Assembly (NCBI GenBank): GCA_041389085.1
Contig: JAWKSL010000001.1
Span: forward strand, 34,921 to 98,920
From: Minisyncoccota bacterium
GTDB taxonomy: Bacteria; Patescibacteriota; Minisyncoccia; UBA6257; 1-14-0-10-44-23
DNA: 64,000 nucleotides
Reading direction: 5' to 3'
The notes under the pieces are model-generated. The model was not told the origin of the DNA, searched no databases, and worked only from the letters and a program-made list of their open reading frames with translations. Shown one piece after another: positions 1-11,336 of the stretch. Positions within the stretch are counted from its first letter, which is position 1. Each line of letters begins with the position of its first letter. A program made the position numbers and the translations under genes.

Positions 1-1836
1 CTTTCTTATGTTTTCTTGAGCGGCCTTTTGAGCAGCCTGCCAGACTTCGCCAAGCACTGCGCTGGCGTCTATTACTTGGTCTCTTTCTTGGCCTAACTGG
101 GCTAAAAGCTGGCGTTCTACCTCAACTATTTGCTCACTGCTATGTACTCTCTCAAGAGCCTCTTTTTCGCGCCTCTGATAGCCTTCTAAGCGGCTTCTGC
201 CCTCTTCTCTTGTGAGATCTAGGGCTTTGCCCATAACGCCCTTAAAACCGCTTAAAACGGCCCTTATCGGCCTGCTGTGGCTGTCTCCAAACTCGTTGTC
301 TACTTGCGTATATGCGCTCCTAAATCCGTAGAGGAAGGCGCCTGCATAAGTGCGCTTGGCTACAAGCTCTTCGCGCGTCTCTTTTCTCTTTTCTCTCTCT
401 GCCTTTGCTGCGTCTCCCGCTTCTTGGCCTTTTGTTTTCTGCTGCTCTATCGTCTCCTCCTTTTCGGCTATACTCTGACGAGTACGCTCAAGCTCGTTGG
501 CTAGGAAGTAGTTTTCTCCTATGCTCTCAATGTCTTCTATGGCCTGTTTTTGGAATTTGATAACGAGCTGCTTTTCTAGCCCTTTTTCAATTTCTGCTCC
601 GTGTTCAACTTTAAATATATCCCTTGCATTTGCTACGAAGGCCTTAGCTAGCTCTGGCGCATTCTTATAGGCTACCCAAGAGCGCACCATCTGCTCGCTA
701 TGATCTATATCTGGACTTGTTTCATAGTGAGCTGAAAATGCCCCTACAAAGCCTTTATCTGCTAGCGCTTGATCGAGAAGCTTTTGTTCCTCTGTTTTTG
801 ACTGCTCTCTTCTTACCTGCTCAATTCTTTCCTGAACGTAGGTTATGCTGTCACTATCTCTTCGCCCTTCGTCAACTACTTCTAGAGAGTCATTAAATGC
901 TTCTTTTTCAGTAACCTCACCCTTTTCGAGGGCCTCCATAATTTGGTCTACCCTTCCTCTTTGCTCCTCTGTAAGAGGTATATCTCTGCTTTCCTGAACC
1001 GACTCTTCTGTCTTTTCTGGAGCCTCTATCCTTACTCTCTGAGGTTCTTTTCCCTCTAAGTCCTCTACCTTGAACTGTGTATTCTCTGCGCTTTCTTGTT
1101 CTTTCTTTTGCTCAATCTCCCTCTCTTTATCTGCTTCTTCCGGTATCTCCTGCTCTTCGAAGTGCTGATCTTCGTCCTTTTGCGTTGGCTCGTAGTCTAA
1201 AATATTTGTTACTATCTCGCTAAATCTCCTCTGCACGGGCATTGCGATTTTATCAACCTGAGCCTTGCTTAGACCCTCTTTTTCCGACAGGGTGTCTTTT
1301 GCTTCCTTAAGAATTTCTCTAAAACGCTCCTGGGCTTCTGTTTCATTTATTCTTTCTACTTCTAGCTCATCAAAAATTTCCCCAACACCTGCTTTTAGTG
1401 CATCTCTGAGTTCGTCTTTGTACCTTGAGAATTCTTTGCTTGATAAAGCCTTCCGTTTCACCGCAGCTTCTGGCTGCTCCGGAGTAATTTTCTGATAGGC
1501 TCTCTCTGCACGCTTAAAATCACTTTTGAATGATGTGACTATTTTCTCTGCATCTTCATCGCTGCACTTTCCCTCAAGAAGTCGCTTCACGTAGTCAGGT
1601 AGCTCAGCAATGAACCGCCCTGCCTCTTCTTTGGAAATTGCCCCTTTTTCGCAATCTGAATGAACCTCCCTAATGTGCACGTTTAGAGCCTTTCTTGTTT
1701 CTGCCCTTAATGCACTTACCTCGGGCGATCTTTCACGTTCTAAAATTTTTCTAGCAGCACTGAGCTTTTCTTCACTGATCTGATCTACATCTCCTGCAGC
1801 ATCTTGTATTTGCGCTAATTCTCCGCTTTTCTCCAT
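1..1836 (-). CDS. Large acidic, Glu/Lys-rich alpha-helical hypothetical protein. Its 5' part lies in the window (ATG at 1836) and it runs off the window start.
   Basis: Open minus-strand frame from ATG 1836 (MEKSGELAQIQ...) to position 1 with no stop codon. It is absent from the ORF track only because it is truncated. No recognisable catalytic motif. Confidence 0.5.
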   Translation of the reverse strand, partial: MEKSGELAQIQDAAGDVDQISEEKLSAARKILERERSPEVSALRAETRKALNVHIREVHSDCEKGAISKEEAGRFIAELPDYVKRLLEGKCSDEDAEKIVTSFKSDFKRAERAYQKITPEQPEAAVKRKALSSKEFSRYKDELRDALKAGVGEIFDELEVERINETEAQERFREILKEAKDTLSEKEGLSKAQVDKIAMPVQRRFSEIVTNILDYEPTQKDEDQHFEEQEIPEEADKEREIEQKKEQESAENTQFKVEDLEGKEPQRVRIEAPEKTEESVQESRDIPLTEEQRGRVDQIMEALEKGEVTEKEAFNDSLEVVDEGRRDSDSITYVQERIEQVRREQSKTEEQKLLDQALADKGFVGAFSAHYETSPDIDHSEQMVRSWVAYKNAPELAKAFVANARDIFKVEHGAEIEKGLEKQLVIKFQKQAIEDIESIGENYFLANELERTRQSIAEKEETIEQQKTKGQEAGDAAKAEREKRKETREELVAKRTYAGAFLYGFRSAYTQVDNEFGDSHSRPIRAVLSGFKGVMGKALDLTREEGRSRLEGYQRREKEALERVHSSEQIVEVERQLLAQLGQERDQVIDASAVLGEVWQAAQKAAQENIRK

Positions 1837-1976
1837 AAAAGCATTATACCTTAGAACTAGATTTTAGAGGCTCGATTTTAGACGTTGGAATAGCGCTCAA
1901 ACAAAACACTACAACAAATCCGGCCGGATATGATATAGTGCTTTTCTTGATTTGGCGGCTCCTGAGCGTACGCCCG

Positions 1977-2026
1977 CCCAGAACTTTAACGGCTCACACG
2001 TACGTGTGAGCCGTTAAAGTTCTGGG
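1977..2026. repeat. Perfect 50-bp palindrome (core 40 bp aactttaacggctcacacgt/acgtgtgagccgttaaagtt). Repeat family copy I, downstream of rpsR.
   Basis: Read directly: X + revcomp(X) with no mismatches. The same 40-mer recurs at 21909-21948 and 51622-51661. Confidence 0.85.
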
Positions 2027-2080
2027 CTAGAACGTAGTATTGATGCGCCCCTGTCCGTGTGAGGCGTTTAAATCAAATGC

Positions 2081-2290
2081 CTATCGGGTGGTGAATGGAA
2101 GAAGAGCCATGTGGCGAGCGCGCTTGATAGCTACTGCCAATTGACGCTGGTATTTTGCACTGGTGCCGGTGTACTTTGGGTCGATTATCTTCCCTTGTGC
2201 AGAAACGAAACGCTTAAGAAGATCGATGTCTTTGTAGTCGATGTACTTTATGTTTTGGCTTCTAAAGTGGCACTGCTTTTGTTTTTTCAT
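2081..2290 (-). CDS. rpsR: 30S ribosomal protein S18
   Basis: 69 aa with a typical S18 sequence (..[28 protein letters not shown]). Conserved rpsF-ssb-rpsR order. Confidence 0.9.
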   Translation of the reverse strand: MKKQKQCHFRSQNIKYIDYKDIDLLKRFVSAQGKIIDPKYTGTSAKYQRQLAVAIKRARHMALLPFTTR

Positions 2291-2294
2291 ATAT

Positions 2295-2759
2295 CTAGAA
2301 TGGTAAATCTTCTGGCTTTATCTCATCGTCGAGGTCTATGGTTGGAATTTCTTCCTCTTTTACCTCTTGGCTTTGATTTTCTTGGCTTGCTACTGGCTTA
2401 CTGAATGAGGGGCTTGGACCTGAACTTCCCCCTCCTGCCTTGGCACCAAACTGTACTCTGTCGGCGATAATTTCAGTAACGTAGCGCTTGTTTCCTGACT
2501 GGTCTTCGTAGTTTCTGGTTTGAATTCTTCCCTCTACAAGGGCCTCTTGGCCTTTTTTGAGGTACTGCGCTGCTGTTTCTGCCTGCTTACCCCACACAAC
2601 AATGTTGTGGAACTCAGTCTCTTCTTGGCGCTGACCGTCTTTTGTCCAGTAGCGGTTTGTTGCTACTGAGAAACTTGCTACGCTCTGACCTGTTTTTGTT
2701 GATCTGAGCTGTGGGTCAGCTGTGAGTCTACCGATGATGTAAGCCTTGTTAAGATTCAT
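2295..2759 (-). CDS. ssb: Single-stranded DNA-binding protein
   Basis: OB-fold SSB N-terminus ([19 protein letters not shown]), Gly-rich linker and acidic C-terminal tail [11 protein letters not shown]. Confidence 0.9.
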   Translation of the reverse strand: MNLNKAYIIGRLTADPQLRSTKTGQSVASFSVATNRYWTKDGQRQEETEFHNIVVWGKQAETAAQYLKKGQEALVEGRIQTRNYEDQSGNKRYVTEIIADRVQFGAKAGGGSSGPSPSFSKPVASQENQSQEVKEEEIPTIDLDDEIKPEDLPF

Positions 2760-3151
2760 TAACTTACGAGTTCTTCAAGCTTTTCTTCGAGCTTTTCGTT
2801 GCTTAGATTTTCGATATTTTCAACCTTGGTCTTTGCTGCCTTCTTTTGCTTCTTTTCTTTCGTTTCTGGCTTTGGAAGCTTGATTACAAGAATACGGAGC
2901 ACCTCAGGGGTCATTTCGAGCTTATCTGAAAGCACTTTGATGTTTTCTGGGTTTTCAGCGGTAAAGTGCAGATAGCCAAATTGTCCTGTGGTTTGCTTCT
3001 TTATTTCGTAGGCAAGGCGGATGTCTTTGAGCTCTCCCTCGTGTACAAGATCAAGTGAGCTTGCCTTTAGGAGGTCTAAAACAACGCTTTTTTCTACCCC
3101 GTCTTTGAGAAGGTAGCCAAGTTCGTAGATTGTCTTTGTTTCTTTTTCCAT
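2759..3151 (-). CDS. rpsF: 30S ribosomal protein S6 with a Lys/Glu-rich C-terminal extension
   Basis: S6-like core (YELGYLL..DIRLAYEIKK..GYLHF) and its position upstream of ssb-rpsR. Confidence 0.75.
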   Translation of the reverse strand: MEKETKTIYELGYLLKDGVEKSVVLDLLKASSLDLVHEGELKDIRLAYEIKKQTTGQFGYLHFTAENPENIKVLSDKLEMTPEVLRILVIKLPKPETKEKKQKKAAKTKVENIENLSNEKLEEKLEELVS

Positions 3152-3206
3152 TCTGTATGTTTTATTGGGTAAGCTTGAAATTAACAGATTTTGAGCTTCT
3201 GGTCAA

Positions 3207-6200
3207 CTAGGCTAGAGCCTCTTCGTCGTCTTCGCCAGTATCGTTGTTAAAGGCCTGATCTCCGAGGTAGTTGAGCCCTACTGGGATGGTGCGACCGATA
3301 ATAACGTTTTCCTTAAGACCGCGGAGCTTGTCTACCTTTCCGTCGAGGGCGCTTGCGATAAGAACGCGAGCGGTTTCTTGGAAGGATGCTGCTGAAAGGA
3401 AGCTTTCGGTTGAAAGTGCCACCTTGGTGATTCCCATAAGGATCTGCTTTGCCTTTGCAGGGGCTTTACCAGCCTTTTTCAGCTCTGCGTTCATTTCCTT
3501 AAACTGGCTTTTTTCGAGCACTTCACCGCGAACGAGGTCGCTGTCTCCTGCGTCTTGAATCTTTACGCGTGAAAACATTTGGCGAGCGATAAGCTCAATG
3601 TGCTTGTCGTTGATGTTTGCACCTTCGCTTGCGTACACTTGCTGTACTCCCTTTACGATTTCGCGCTCTACGTCGTCTGAACCTTTTGCTTCAAAGAGTT
3701 CGCGGAGGTCGAGGTTTCCTTCACAGAGTCTTTGCCCTGCTTTTACCTCGTCTCCTACGTTTACGAGAAGTTCGTTGCTGTTTGGAATTGGATATTCGTT
3801 TCCTTTTTCTTTCTTCGCAGCTCCTTCACGAACAACCTTAACGATACGAAGTCCTTCGCGCTGTTCGATGTCTACCACTACTCCGTCTTCCTTTGCTACG
3901 AAAGCCTTTCCTTTTGGAGGGCGTACTTCGAAAATTTCAACTACACGTGGAAGTCCGTGGGTAATGTCGGCTCCAGCAACTCCTCCGATGTGGAAGGTTC
4001 TCATGGTGAGCTGAGTTCCTGGCTCTCCGATTGACTGTGCTGCTACTACTCCTACTGCCTCTCCCTTTTCGATTGGCTTGTTCTTTCCAAGGTCGAATCC
4101 GTAACACTTTGCACAAAGTCCGTAGAGTGTGTTGCAGGTAAGTGGTGAGCGCACTACTACGTTGTCTGCTGTAGTCTTTTCTATTTCTTCTGCAACCTGG
4201 CGAGTGATGATTTCCCCTGCTTTTACGAGCGTCTTTTTACCATCCTTTACATCTGCTCCTGCAGTGCGTCCGAAGAGACGGTCTGCATAGCTTACGCCCT
4301 GAATACTGTCGCTATCTTCGCGGCGGAGTTCGATGGTTTTCTTTGTTTTACAGTCGTCTTCACGGATAACAAGGTCTTGAGACACGTCTACGAGCTTACG
4401 AGTAAGGTATCCAGCCTGCGCAGTCTTAAGAGCAGTGTCGGTGGTTCCTTTTCGAGCTCCGTGAGTTGAGTTGAAGTACTCAAGCACGTTGAACCCTTCT
4501 TTGAATGAAGACTTGATAGGAAGCTCAATGCTTTCTCCTTGTGAGTTCTGCACCATTCCTTTCATACCGGTAACCTGAGTGATCTGAGTCCAACTTCCAC
4601 GAGCTCCTGATGCAACGATTGAGTATACTGAACCGTTTTTGTCGAGTGTTTCTGGAACGAGCTTTGCCACCTCTTCTTTTGCATCGCGCCAAATTGAGGT
4701 AATTCTGGTGTGGCGCTCCTCGTCGGTAAGAAGCCCTTGGTTGAACTGATCCCAAACTTCTGCAACTTTCTTTGCTCCTTCTCCAAGAATTTCTTCTTTC
4801 TTTTCTGGAACAACAAGGTCGTCCATTGACCAGGTAATTCCTGATCTGGTTGCGTAGTGGAATCCGATCTTTTTAATAGTGTCGAGGTAGTGTGGTGCTT
4901 TATCTGCCCCGTAGGTGTCGATGATGCCTGAAACGATTTTCTTTAGCTTCTTCTTTCCTACTTCTTCGTTTACGAATGGGTATTCTACTGGAAGCGTTGA
5001 GTTAAACATAACGCGCCCTACTGAGGTTTCTACTTTTCCAATCTTTTCTCCGTAGATCTTGATGTTTGCGTTGATGTCGATGATGCCGTTTTCGTAGGCC
5101 AAAAGAGCCTCGTTTCGAGATGAGAATGCACGGCCCTCTCCCTTTGCTCCTTCTCTAATGCGGGTGAGGTAGTACACACCAAGCACGATATCTTGTGCTG
5201 GCACTACGATTGGGTCTCCGGTAGATGGTTTGAGGAGGTTTTTGCTTGAAAGCATAACTTCTCCTGCTTCACGCTGCGCTTCTGCTGAAAGTGGAAGGTG
5301 CACAGCCATCTGGTCTCCGTCGAAGTCGGCGTTAAACGCTGGACATACAAGCGGGTGAAGACGAATAGCAAAGTCTTCGATAAGGAGTGGCTCAAACGCC
5401 TGAATTCCGAGACGGTGGAGGGTTGGTGCACGGTTGAGAAGAACTTTTTTTCCGGCAATAACCTCTTCAAGGATTTCCCATACTTCTGGGCCCTTTGCGT
5501 CGATCAGCTTGTTTGAGTTCTTTACGTTGTGGGCAAGTTCGCGCTCGATTATCTTTGCGATAACAAATGGTCTAAAGAGCTCGAGAGCCATCTTCTTTGG
5601 AAGTCCACATTGGTGGAGCTTAAGCTCTGGACCTGCAACGATAACGCTTCGTCCTGAGTAGTCTACACGCTTACCAAGAAGGTTCTGGCGGAAGCGCCCT
5701 TGCTTTCCTTTAAGCATGTCTGAAATTGAACGGAGTGGGCGGCGCTGTGAGTTAAGCTGCTGACTTCCTTGGCGAGCAGAGTTGTCTACGAGTGCGTCTA
5801 CGGCTTCCTGGAGCATGCGCTTTTCGTTTATCAGAATAACCTCTGGCGCACGGAGCTCCATAAGCTTCTTAAGACGGTTGTTTCTGTTGATAACGCGGCG
5901 GTACAAGTCGTTTAAGTCGCTTGTCGCGTAACGTCCTCCGTCGAGTGCAACCATTGGGCGAAGGTCTGGTGGAATAACTGGGAGTACGGTAAGAATCATC
6001 CACTCTGGGCGCATATCTTCAGCAATCATTGAAGAAATCATCTTCAAGCGCTTAAGGTTTCGCACCTGACGAACTGAGTCTACTTTGTCCTTATCTATCT
6101 CTTTCTGAACTGCTTTTTTATATTCTTTAAGGTCTATCTTCTTAAGAATCTTTTGAATTGCTTCAGCTCCGATACCTGCCTCAAATACGTCTCCGAAACG

Positions 6201-6821
6201 AGCTGAGAGTGTGTAGTATTCGTTTTCTGAAAGCACCGCTCCTGGTACGAGAGCTTCAACTTCCTTCTTAGTGTCGGTTGCTGCCTTCTTAAGATCGGTA
6301 AGGTCGATACCTTCGTCTTTTACGGTCTTCTTTCGAGACTTAAACTCTGATTCGATTTGCTCAATAGCAGCTTTTTTCTTGTCTTCGTCGATGCTGGTAA
6401 CTATGTATGCTGCGTAGTAAATAACCTTCTCAAGCTTTGGAAGTGGAATATCGAGGAAAAGACTAAGCTTTGAAGGGATGTTTTTAAAGAACCAGATGTG
6501 CGCTACTGGAGCGGCAAGAGTGATGTGTCCCATGCGCTCACGGCGAACAACAGCGCGGGTAACTTCAACGTTACACTTATCGCACACTACTCCTTTGTAT
6601 CGAATTCGGCGGTACTTTCCACAGTAACACTCCCAATCTTTTGTTGGTCCGAAAATGCGCTCTGAAAAGAGTCCGTCTTTTTCTGGGCGCTGGGTTCGGT
6701 AGTTGATGGTCTCTGGCTTTATGACCTCTCCGTATGACCAGCCGAGAATGTTTTCTGGCGAAGCGATCTTAAGCTGGATCGCTTTGAATTGCTCTGGAGT
6801 CATTTTTGTTTTTAGTGCCAT
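3207..6821 (-). CDS. rpoC: DNA-directed RNA polymerase subunit beta' (short, 1204 aa)
   Basis: [12 protein letters not shown] catalytic motif, Zn-finger [19 protein letters not shown] near the N-terminus, bridge and trigger helices. Confidence 0.97.
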   Translation of the reverse strand: MALKTKMTPEQFKAIQLKIASPENILGWSYGEVIKPETINYRTQRPEKDGLFSERIFGPTKDWECYCGKYRRIRYKGVVCDKCNVEVTRAVVRRERMGHITLAAPVAHIWFFKNIPSKLSLFLDIPLPKLEKVIYYAAYIVTSIDEDKKKAAIEQIESEFKSRKKTVKDEGIDLTDLKKAATDTKKEVEALVPGAVLSENEYYTLSARFGDVFEAGIGAEAIQKILKKIDLKEYKKAVQKEIDKDKVDSVRQVRNLKRLKMISSMIAEDMRPEWMILTVLPVIPPDLRPMVALDGGRYATSDLNDLYRRVINRNNRLKKLMELRAPEVILINEKRMLQEAVDALVDNSARQGSQQLNSQRRPLRSISDMLKGKQGRFRQNLLGKRVDYSGRSVIVAGPELKLHQCGLPKKMALELFRPFVIAKIIERELAHNVKNSNKLIDAKGPEVWEILEEVIAGKKVLLNRAPTLHRLGIQAFEPLLIEDFAIRLHPLVCPAFNADFDGDQMAVHLPLSAEAQREAGEVMLSSKNLLKPSTGDPIVVPAQDIVLGVYYLTRIREGAKGEGRAFSSRNEALLAYENGIIDINANIKIYGEKIGKVETSVGRVMFNSTLPVEYPFVNEEVGKKKLKKIVSGIIDTYGADKAPHYLDTIKKIGFHYATRSGITWSMDDLVVPEKKEEILGEGAKKVAEVWDQFNQGLLTDEERHTRITSIWRDAKEEVAKLVPETLDKNGSVYSIVASGARGSWTQITQVTGMKGMVQNSQGESIELPIKSSFKEGFNVLEYFNSTHGARKGTTDTALKTAQAGYLTRKLVDVSQDLVIREDDCKTKKTIELRREDSDSIQGVSYADRLFGRTAGADVKDGKKTLVKAGEIITRQVAEEIEKTTADNVVVRSPLTCNTLYGLCAKCYGFDLGKNKPIEKGEAVGVVAAQSIGEPGTQLTMRTFHIGGVAGADITHGLPRVVEIFEVRPPKGKAFVAKEDGVVVDIEQREGLRIVKVVREGAAKKEKGNEYPIPNSNELLVNVGDEVKAGQRLCEGNLDLRELFEAKGSDDVEREIVKGVQQVYASEGANINDKHIELIARQMFSRVKIQDAGDSDLVRGEVLEKSQFKEMNAELKKAGKAPAKAKQILMGITKVALSTESFLSAASFQETARVLIASALDGKVDKLRGLKENVIIGRTIPVGLNYLGDQAFNNDTGEDDEEALA

Positions 6822-6842
6822 ATATTTTTATGTAAGCGCGAT

Positions 6843-9800
6843 TTATTTTTTCTTTGAACCCTTTGTCTTTGGACCTTTACTGAAGGGCTTGCCGTCTTCA
6901 TCGAGCATGATGAGGTTGAGCGAAAGCGCTTTAAGTTCGTTGAGCAACACGTTGAATGCCGCTGGTGCATTTGGGCTCTTTATTCTTTCTTGGCGGATGA
7001 TAGCCTCGTATGCACTTGCACGTCCGGTAACGTCGTCACTTTTAATAGTGAGCATTTCTTGAAGCACGGTTGGCACCGCGTATCCTTCAAGAGCCCACAC
7101 CTCCATCTCTCCGAATCTCTGTCCTCCTGACTGAGCTTTTCCTCCGAGTGGCTGCTGAGTAATAAGAGAGTATGGACCAATTGATCGCATGTGGATCTTG
7201 TCTTCTACAAGGTGGTTGAGCTTGAGCATGTAGATAATACCTACCGTAACCTTCTGATCGAATGGCTTTCCGGTGCGTCCGTCGATAAGCGTTACCTTTC
7301 CATCTGCTGGAAGCTTTGCTGCCTTGAGCTCGTCTTGAATGTCTTTCCAGCTTGCTCCTGAGAGTGATGGGGTTTGTGCTCGATATTCGAGTGTTTCAGC
7401 TGCCCATCCAAGACTGGTTTCCATGATCTGTCCGATGTTCATACGAGAAGCAACTCCGAGTGGGTTCAAAATAATGTCTACTGGAGTTCCGTCTTCCATG
7501 TGTGGCATGTCTTCTACTGGAAGAATCTTTGAGATAACACCTTTGTTTCCGTGTCGTCCTGCAAGCTTGTCTCCCACGCGCACTTTTCTAAGCTGAGCTA
7601 TCTCAACCTGAATGCGCTTAATAACTCCTGGCTCGAGCTTGTCTCCGCGCTCACGAGCAAAGATTTTTACTCCTACAACACGCCCACTCTTTCCGTGTGG
7701 CATGGTAAGACTGGTGTCTTTTACGTCGCGAGCTTTTTCACCAAAGATAGCGCGAAGAAGGCGCTCTTCACTGGTAAGTTCGCTCTCTCCTTTTGGAGAA
7801 ATCTTTCCTACGAGAATGTCGCCGCTGCGCACTTCTGCTCCGATGCGGATAATTCCCTCTTCGTCGAGGTTTTTGAGCTTGTCTTCGCTTACGTTTGGAA
7901 TGTCTGGAGTGGTTTGCTCAGGACCAAGCTTGGTGTCGCGCACGTCGATCGTAAAGTCGTCGATGTGGATTGAAGTAAAGCGATCTTCGTGTACTACGCG
8001 CTCTGAAAGAATGATAGCGTCTTCGTAGTTTGCTCCTCCCCATGAGAGGAAGGCTACGCGAAGGTTTTGTCCGAGCGCGAGCGCTCCGTTGTCGATACTT
8101 GGACCATCGGTCATTATCTGCCCCTTCTTAAGAGTCTGTCCTGGCTTCACGAGTGGCTTCTGGTTGATGGTGGTGTACTGGTTTGCTGCCTTAAACTTGG
8201 TGAGCTTGTACTCCTTCAGTGCTCCCTTTCCTTTTTCGCCCTTGAGTGAAAGCACTATTTTTGAAGCATCTACTTCCTTTACCGTAGCTTCTGATGGAGC
8301 GGTAAATACGTATCCACTGTCGAGTGCTGCTTTTTCTTCCATTCCGGTTCCTACGTATGGTGCGTCTGGAATAATTGAAGGAACTGCTTGGCGTTGCATG
8401 TTGCTTCCCATCAGTGCACGGTTTGCGTCGTCGTGCTCAAGGAATGGGATAAGTGAGGTAGCAACAGAAATAGTCTGGCGTGGTGCTACGTCGAAAAAGT
8501 CTACTTCGCTCTTCTTTACACTTACTGGCTCTCCTTTAACACGAGCGCTTACCGTTGGCTTAAGAATTTCTCCGGTGTCTTTTATTTCTGTACCTGCGTG
8601 AGCGATGATGTGGCTTTCTTCTTGGTGTGCGTTAAGCCAAGCAACTTTTCCTGTTACCTTTCCATCTTTTACTTCTAAGTATGCAGTTTCAACGAAACCA
8701 AAGTCGTTGAGGCGTGCGTAGTTTGCAAGCTGGTTTACCAACCCGATGTTTGGTCCTTCTGGGGTTTGGATTGGACAAATACGTCCGTAGTGGCTTCGGT
8801 GAACGTCGCGTACTTCGAATCCTGCGCGCTCGCGGGTAAGCCCTCCAGGACCCATCGCAGAAATACGGCGCTTGTGCTCGATTTCAGCAAGCGGGTTTAT
8901 CTGGTCCATGTACTGAGAGAGCTGTGAGCTTGAGAAGAAATCGCGGATGATTGAAATAACTGGGCGCGCGTTTACCAGCTGCACTGGGTTGAGAAGCTCT
9001 GGGTCGAGCGTACTCATTCTGTCTTGCACGATACGGCGAAGACGAGCCATTCCGATGCGGAGGCGGTTTTGAAGTTGCTCTCCTGCGGTACGAACGCGGC
9101 GGTTTCCAAGGTGGTCGATGTCGTCGCCTTCTGAAGTTGGGTCGTTGTTAAGACGGATAAGCTCGCGGATGATTGAAACGATGTCGTCCAAATCAAGAAG
9201 AAGGTTGTCTTTCTTCTTTATATTAAGTCTTTCGTTGAACTTAAATCGTCCTACTTTTGAAAGGTCGTAGCGGTCGTCGCGCTGGAACATCGCGTCGATA
9301 AGGCTCATCGCGTTTTCTGCAGTTGCGAGGTCTCCTGGGCGGATGCGGCGGTAAATTTCGATGTATGCGTCTTCTTTTGTCTTTACGCTGTCTTTCTTTA
9401 TAGTCTTTTCAATAGCACCTTCGGTGTCGATGTCTGCAAAAAGCTTTTGCATTTGGTCAGTTTCATTGAGACCAAAAATGCGAAGCAAGGTGCTTACTGG
9501 AGCTTTTCGGCGGCGGTCGATCTTAACGCTGAGCGATCCATCTGCGTCGGTTTCAAACTCGAGCCATGCTCCACGGCTTGGGATAACCTTTGCGCTAAAG
9601 CGCTTCTTTCCGCGTACGAGTGAGGCGCTGTAGTAAACACCTGGTGAGCGGATAAGCTGACTGATAACTACCTTTTCGTTTCCGTTGATAATAAAGGTAC
9701 CGCGGTCGGTCATAAGTGGAAGGTCACCAAAGTACACTTCCTGCTCTTTTGTTTCTTTTGTTTGTCCGTTTACCAGCTTTACCTTTACGCGAAGAGGAGC

Positions 9801-10091
9801 TTCGAAGGTAAGGTCTTTAAACTTTGCATACTCTTCATCGTACTTTGGCTCGTCGAAGTAGTAGTCGCCAAAATAAAGCTCGATGTTTTTGCCGGCGTAG
9901 TCAGTGATAGGAGATATTTCGTCGAAAAGCTCACGAAGACCCTCCTTCAATATCCACTCATATGAGTTAGTTTGGATTTCTGCCAAGTTTGGCTGGGCGA
10001 TGTCTTTTCCTCTAAATGAGGTAAACATCTTTGTCTTTACTGGAGTGCGCTTTCTTTCAGCGACTGCTCCTTTTGTGCTTTTCTTTTGCAT
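6843..10091 (-). CDS. rpoB: DNA-directed RNA polymerase subunit beta (1082 aa)
   Basis: Conserved beta-subunit blocks (GEMEVWALEGYA, NMQRQAVP, rifampicin-region motifs). Immediately upstream of rpoC. Confidence 0.97.
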   Translation of the reverse strand: MQKKSTKGAVAERKRTPVKTKMFTSFRGKDIAQPNLAEIQTNSYEWILKEGLRELFDEISPITDYAGKNIELYFGDYYFDEPKYDEEYAKFKDLTFEAPLRVKVKLVNGQTKETKEQEVYFGDLPLMTDRGTFIINGNEKVVISQLIRSPGVYYSASLVRGKKRFSAKVIPSRGAWLEFETDADGSLSVKIDRRRKAPVSTLLRIFGLNETDQMQKLFADIDTEGAIEKTIKKDSVKTKEDAYIEIYRRIRPGDLATAENAMSLIDAMFQRDDRYDLSKVGRFKFNERLNIKKKDNLLLDLDDIVSIIRELIRLNNDPTSEGDDIDHLGNRRVRTAGEQLQNRLRIGMARLRRIVQDRMSTLDPELLNPVQLVNARPVISIIRDFFSSSQLSQYMDQINPLAEIEHKRRISAMGPGGLTRERAGFEVRDVHRSHYGRICPIQTPEGPNIGLVNQLANYARLNDFGFVETAYLEVKDGKVTGKVAWLNAHQEESHIIAHAGTEIKDTGEILKPTVSARVKGEPVSVKKSEVDFFDVAPRQTISVATSLIPFLEHDDANRALMGSNMQRQAVPSIIPDAPYVGTGMEEKAALDSGYVFTAPSEATVKEVDASKIVLSLKGEKGKGALKEYKLTKFKAANQYTTINQKPLVKPGQTLKKGQIMTDGPSIDNGALALGQNLRVAFLSWGGANYEDAIILSERVVHEDRFTSIHIDDFTIDVRDTKLGPEQTTPDIPNVSEDKLKNLDEEGIIRIGAEVRSGDILVGKISPKGESELTSEERLLRAIFGEKARDVKDTSLTMPHGKSGRVVGVKIFARERGDKLEPGVIKRIQVEIAQLRKVRVGDKLAGRHGNKGVISKILPVEDMPHMEDGTPVDIILNPLGVASRMNIGQIMETSLGWAAETLEYRAQTPSLSGASWKDIQDELKAAKLPADGKVTLIDGRTGKPFDQKVTVGIIYMLKLNHLVEDKIHMRSIGPYSLITQQPLGGKAQSGGQRFGEMEVWALEGYAVPTVLQEMLTIKSDDVTGRASAYEAIIRQERIKSPNAPAAFNVLLNELKALSLNLIMLDEDGKPFSKGPKTKGSKKK

Positions 10092-10366
10092 GGGGTAAGT
10101 GAGGGTTATTTTTTAAACTTGGTGCAACACACTGGCTCCGCTTCCTTGGCGGAGTGCACCTTTTGTATCCTTACTAAAAAAGAAAATAGCCCATTTGGAA
10201 TGGGTTTTTGTTTCTCCTCTCTTTTTATAGAATGCCGGCTGACATTGAAAAATTCGAAGGATACACTACGGGGCGCTTTGTAGCTCCGTTAGTTGTCCAG
10301 TCAATTTAGCCTGTTTACATAAAAAGGTCAAGTGTCAAGACCCCCTTCTGGGGATAAGTCAGCCCC

Positions 10367-11305
10367 TTAGCGAAGGTGCTCTGCCCTTTTGGTGTCGTGC
10401 TCGTCGAAGGTCTCTGAGAAGAGCGTCTCCCCTGTTTCTGGCTGGCTAAGGTAGTAAAAATAGTTTGATGGGGTCGGGTTAAGCGCTGCTTCTATCGCCT
10501 CGAGGCCTGGATTTGCTATCGGAGTTGGTGGTAGGCCGGCAAACTGGTAGGTATCGTACGCTTCTCCGTAGTCTTTGGCGTAGATAAGGGTGGCGTCGAG
10601 CTGAAGCCCCATACCTATCTCAAGCCTGTTTTGAATAACGCCCGAGACAAGCTTTCTATCTTCTATGTGCGGAACTTCCTTTTCTATCATTGAAGCGATG
10701 ATGAGAGCGTCGTAGGGAGCCTTTGCTTCAGCAAGCATTGGGAGCGCCTTCTCTTCGAAGTTGCCCAAGAACCTTTGCAGTATTTCTTCTGGAAGAAGAG
10801 CTGGGCTGAGTTGGTAGGTGTCTGGGAACAAATACCCCTCAAGCGAAGTCCTGCCCTCTAAGAAGGGAAAGTCGCCCACAAGATCTTTGATTGGAAATTC
10901 TTTGATTTGCCCTCTTTTGATAAGGCCAAACTCTGCAAGACGCTCATCTATTTGGTCTACTGTCTTCCCTTCTTGAATAAGGAAGGTAACTTCGTTGTCT
11001 GGGCCGGAAATAAACTTCTCGGTGATTTCTTTTACGCTATTTGCTTTCGAAATAAGGTAAAGCCCTGGCTTAAGCTGGTGCGCTGTTCCTTTCAAGACAC
11101 TGTAGAGCTTAAAAAACTTTTTTGATCGTATAAGGCCTTGGTCTTCAAGGTGCGTAGCAATTTCGTCGAGACTTGAACCCTTTTCGATTGAGAACTCGTG
11201 GATCTTTGGATCGTTTGCTACTGGTCCAAAGTTGAACACTGCGTATGGCAACCAGAGAAGAAAGACTATAATTCCTAGCGAGAGTAGCTTGATGAGTGTT
11301 TTCAT
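10367..11305 (-). CDS. mltG: Endolytic murein transglycosylase MltG/YceG
   Basis: N-terminal TM anchor plus YceG signature LEGYLFPDTY and LQLDATLIY. Confidence 0.85.
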   Translation of the reverse strand: MKTLIKLLSLGIIVFLLWLPYAVFNFGPVANDPKIHEFSIEKGSSLDEIATHLEDQGLIRSKKFFKLYSVLKGTAHQLKPGLYLISKANSVKEITEKFISGPDNEVTFLIQEGKTVDQIDERLAEFGLIKRGQIKEFPIKDLVGDFPFLEGRTSLEGYLFPDTYQLSPALLPEEILQRFLGNFEEKALPMLAEAKAPYDALIIASMIEKEVPHIEDRKLVSGVIQNRLEIGMGLQLDATLIYAKDYGEAYDTYQFAGLPPTPIANPGLEAIEAALNPTPSNYFYYLSQPETGETLFSETFDEHDTKRAEHLR

Positions 11306-11336
11306 AACTTAATAAAGACTAGCAGATTCGGTGGGG

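Noticed and set aside
3271-10098. Numerous 60-170-aa ORFs on the + strand within rpoC/rpoB and similar antisense ORFs within tuf, fusA and the ribosomal protein genes
   Set aside because: They are embedded antisense to highly conserved genes and are low-complexity translations (Ser/Pro/Arg-rich).
10100-10180. SRP-RNA-like motif (CCGCCAAGGAAGCGGAGCCAG) and terminator-like hairpins between mltG and rpoB
   Set aside because: It lies within 40 nt of the rpoB start codon with no room for an independent gene and has only partial resemblance to SRP domain IV. More likely rpoB 5' UTR structure.
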